A DNA stretch of 64,000 nt, taken from positions 387-64,386 of the forward strand of contig JAPLYG010000013.1 of assembly GCA_026395685.1 (NCBI GenBank), given 5' to 3'. Source of the DNA: Candidatus Parcubacteria bacterium (GTDB lineage Bacteria > Patescibacteriota > Patescibacteriia > CAIXNZ01). Positions within the stretch are counted from its first letter, which is position 1, and each line of letters opens with the position of its first letter. This document shows positions 61,691 to 64,000 of the stretch, piece by piece. Both the position numbers and the translations under genes were made by a program. Under the pieces are notes generated by a model that saw only the letters and a program-made list of their open reading frames with translations, was not told the DNA's origin and searched no databases.

Positions 61691-62041
61691 TTACATATCT
61701 TTTTTAAGACGGGAGATGTAAAGACCAAGAAAAAGGATGATGCCGGCACTAACCGGTAAAAATACCTGCCAGACAAATAATTTGTAACAGACAAAAATCA
61801 CCATTACACTGACCATAATAAGCCAGGCCTGGATTTTTACCTGAGGCTTTGCCCCGGATAAATCATAGACTTTGCCGTCATTCATGACTAAGGTCAAAGT
61901 AGTTTGCTGACATTTGGGGCAAGTATTGCTGCCAGAATATTTCTTCATATATTCAGTTGAAAGTTCCTCAAACCCGCAGCTTTTACAGCGGATTTTCACA
62001 ATGGCTTTATCCCAATTGCCAAGATTGTTTAAAATATTCAT
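61691..62041 (-). CDS. Zn-ribbon membrane protein
   Basis: CKSC...CPKC and two C-terminal TM helices; start MNILNN at 62041. Confidence 0.6.
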   Translation of the reverse strand: MNILNNLGNWDKAIVKIRCKSCGFEELSTEYMKKYSGSNTCPKCQQTTLTLVMNDGKVYDLSGAKPQVKIQAWLIMVSVMVIFVCYKLFVWQVFLPVSAGIILFLGLYISRLKKDM

Positions 62042-62216
62042 ATACTCTAATTTTATGCTTTTCAAAGCTTTTAAGCAAGGCAAAAAAGGCTGTAAATTAC
62101 CGACAATAGAAACTCTGCAAAGCAGGGTGTCTGCGTATTGATGTCACCTCTGCCAGCTTTTTGTTCCAACAAAAAAAGCCCTGCGCAGGCAGGGCTGTAG
62201 ACTTTTAAATTCACAA

Positions 62217-62663
62217 TTAATACGGCTTCCCTATCCGCCGGCTGAAAATACCGCCGATGACAGCCGGATAAGCGAATATAAAACCGATTACGGCTCCGGA
62301 TAAAATGCGAGCATCTTCCGGCTTGAATATTAAGTTTCCCGGAGAGTTCATAAAATCAGCTCCAATATACTTGCCCTGCAGCCCGCCAATTATTGCTCCG
62401 GCAATACCAGGCAGTAAAAGAACACCCAGCTGAGACTCAAAAATTGAGCCGACAAATTTTGCGCACTCAGCCGAGAATCCAAGTGCTAATCCAGTCAAAA
62501 TTATGAGGACAACCTGCTGACCTGTAATAACAATCGTTGAAGGTCCCATTGCCACCCAATCCAGGCACAGCAGATAAGCATGCACCGGCCCGGCGCTGAT
62601 ACACCACAAGACCCCGCCAATAATTGCTGAATTGACAAAAGGTCTAAATCCTTCATCTTTCAT
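62217..62663 (-). CDS. Gly-rich orphan membrane protein
   Basis: AAAGGAGG before ATG at 62663; promoter TTGACA-17-TATTAT at 62740-62712; terminator near 62171-62196. Confidence 0.7.
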   Translation of the reverse strand: MKDEGFRPFVNSAIIGGVLWCISAGPVHAYLLCLDWVAMGPSTIVITGQQVVLIILTGLALGFSAECAKFVGSIFESQLGVLLLPGIAGAIIGGLQGKYIGADFMNSPGNLIFKPEDARILSGAVIGFIFAYPAVIGGIFSRRIGKPY

Positions 62664-62913
62664 GGCAAATCCTCCTTTTCTCAAAATTGAACTCTAAACT
62701 CTATTGCTCAAATAATAAACATTTTGTAAGTAAATGTCAACCCTCTGCGCTCTCATGTGCTTTGCGGCTCGCTAACGGCGCGAACACATTAGTGTTCGCG
62801 CACATTCATCCCCGCCTTCGGTCGCGACTTACTTCTCGCCGCTCCTTCAAGCAGGGGTTTCCTGTTAGGATAAAAAAAACCGTTTAAAGTATTACTTTAA
62901 ACGGTCGTGCTGA

Positions 62914-63438
62914 CTATTTTTTAATCTCGGCAATAAGGTCTATCACATAGTCGAAATCCGCGCCAATAAGCACATAACGCAGGTACGCACCGACATCAAT
63001 CATAAGTGCCGGATCAACTCCGTCAACATCGTTGAAAATTCCAAATACACATCCCAGTTTTCTCAAAGTAGAATCCGGGGGGAAACCTTTACTTGGCAAA
63101 TCAGCCTCAATCGCCTGCTTCATCTGCAAAGGTGTTTTGTCTCCGACCTTTAAAAAAACAGCCACCCCTAATTCCGATGACATAAACTGCATTAGCTGAT
63201 TAAGAGATTCTTCCGTGTAGTCCATCAGCATAAAATTAAGTTTGCCTATGACACGGAACAAAATACAGGAGATCATAGTTTCCTTATCAACCAGGTGATA
63301 CGCGTCCCATTGACCGATACTGACATAGTTATTAGTGTGAAATCCCGCCGAATGAAGCTTTTCACACATTTCATCAATAACCTGCTGGTATGTTTTACCT
63401 TTGGTCATAATGATAACGGGCGGTACTTGTTGACTCAT
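62914..63438 (-). CDS. Hypothetical protein (orphan cassette)
   Basis: AGGAGG before ATG; TTGACA at 63500-63495; hairpin terminator near 62872-62904. Confidence 0.7.
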   Translation of the reverse strand: MSQQVPPVIIMTKGKTYQQVIDEMCEKLHSAGFHTNNYVSIGQWDAYHLVDKETMISCILFRVIGKLNFMLMDYTEESLNQLMQFMSSELGVAVFLKVGDKTPLQMKQAIEADLPSKGFPPDSTLRKLGCVFGIFNDVDGVDPALMIDVGAYLRYVLIGADFDYVIDLIAEIKK

Positions 63439-63598
63439 CTTTTCCTCCTATAAAGGACTGATGGTTAAACTAACTTAACAACTATTATTTAATTTGTCAA
63501 TAAGCCCGACAAAGCCTCGCACAATAAAAAAACGCTCCGCAGACGGAACGCTTTTTTATAATTCACGATGGCTATGAACCAGAGCAAAGCTCGATTTA

Positions 63599-63619
63599 TG
63601 GCTCCGGGACAGGGATTCG
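63599..63619 (-). tRNA. 3' fragment of a tRNA (Asn-like); not a complete tRNA within the window
   Basis: The minus strand reads CGAATCCCTGTCCCGGAGCCA (part of T-loop, T-stem, acceptor strand, CCA). No matching 5' half was seen before position 64000. Confidence 0.55.
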
Positions 63620-64000
63620 CCCAGCACCACGCAGGGTGCTGGGCGGCCCGAACCCTATGTGGTTCGGGCCGAACTAAAGATTGCTGAACAGTCAGGTCTA
63701 GAACCTTCGTTATAGGGATATTGTAAGGGATTTTGAGCTTCTTTACAAGAGCTGGTTTAAGGCACTCGGGTCGTGCTTGTCAGCACAAAATGAGACAAAT
63801 GAGACAGTCCTTAAGGCCATTTAAAGTGTCTCATTTGGGGCGTTTTGGGACACGGTGTTGCCTAGCATACTCCTCTAGGAGTTCGGGGTGATTCTGGAAC
63901 AAATTAGAGAAGAATTCGGCGAGCTTATCGGCTACTATAGATTGGTTGAAAGATTGGTCGGATGACATAGTTGCATTTAGATTAATACTTTTAAAATAAC

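Noticed and set aside
62103-62160. c-di-GMP-I riboswitch-like hairpin (AAACTCTGCAAAGCAGGG)
   Set aside because: Lacks the rest of the consensus and is not oriented upstream of a credible plus-strand gene; would need an Infernal search
41102-63438. Classical integron cassette array
   Set aside because: No IntI tyrosine recombinase and no attC-like RYYYAAC...GTTRRRY boundaries were recognised
63620-64000. Group I intron in tRNA-Asn
   Set aside because: The break is in the T-loop rather than the anticodon loop, and I cannot identify conserved group I core elements by eye

Overview
AT-rich bacterial DNA read with the standard code (TGA is used as a stop). Most genes lie on the minus strand. The gene content points to a Patescibacteria/CPR (Parcubacteria-like) chromosome, which is an inference: type IV pilus genes, ackA plus pduL, giant surface proteins, Memo-CapA, DUF3160, and core genes without Shine-Dalgarno sites. 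The first ~37 kb is mostly housekeeping and surface genes (hpf, ligA, pilD, pilins, pilM, rnhA, recJ, a broken lepA, murJ, ackA, pduL). The last ~27 kb is accessory. Main points of interest: (1) a complete four-gene operon resembling the Shewanella AtcJ-AtcA-AtcB-AtcC J-domain/RNA-polymerase-targeting system, including the PX7W motif; (2) three families of small nuclease genes (GxxExxY, GIY-YIG, two RAYT transposases), each with its own palindromic repeats, including empty copies and an apparent RAYT shell that now carries a TM2-domain gene; (3) a class of orphan genes with strong Shine-Dalgarno sites and mostly consensus sigma70 promoters and terminators, unlike the core genes; (4) a LexA-led R-M/S operon with an operator palindrome and two nested candidate defence genes; (5) a tRNA-Asn-like 3' fragment near the window end. 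All family assignments come from motif recognition by eye; no database search was run.
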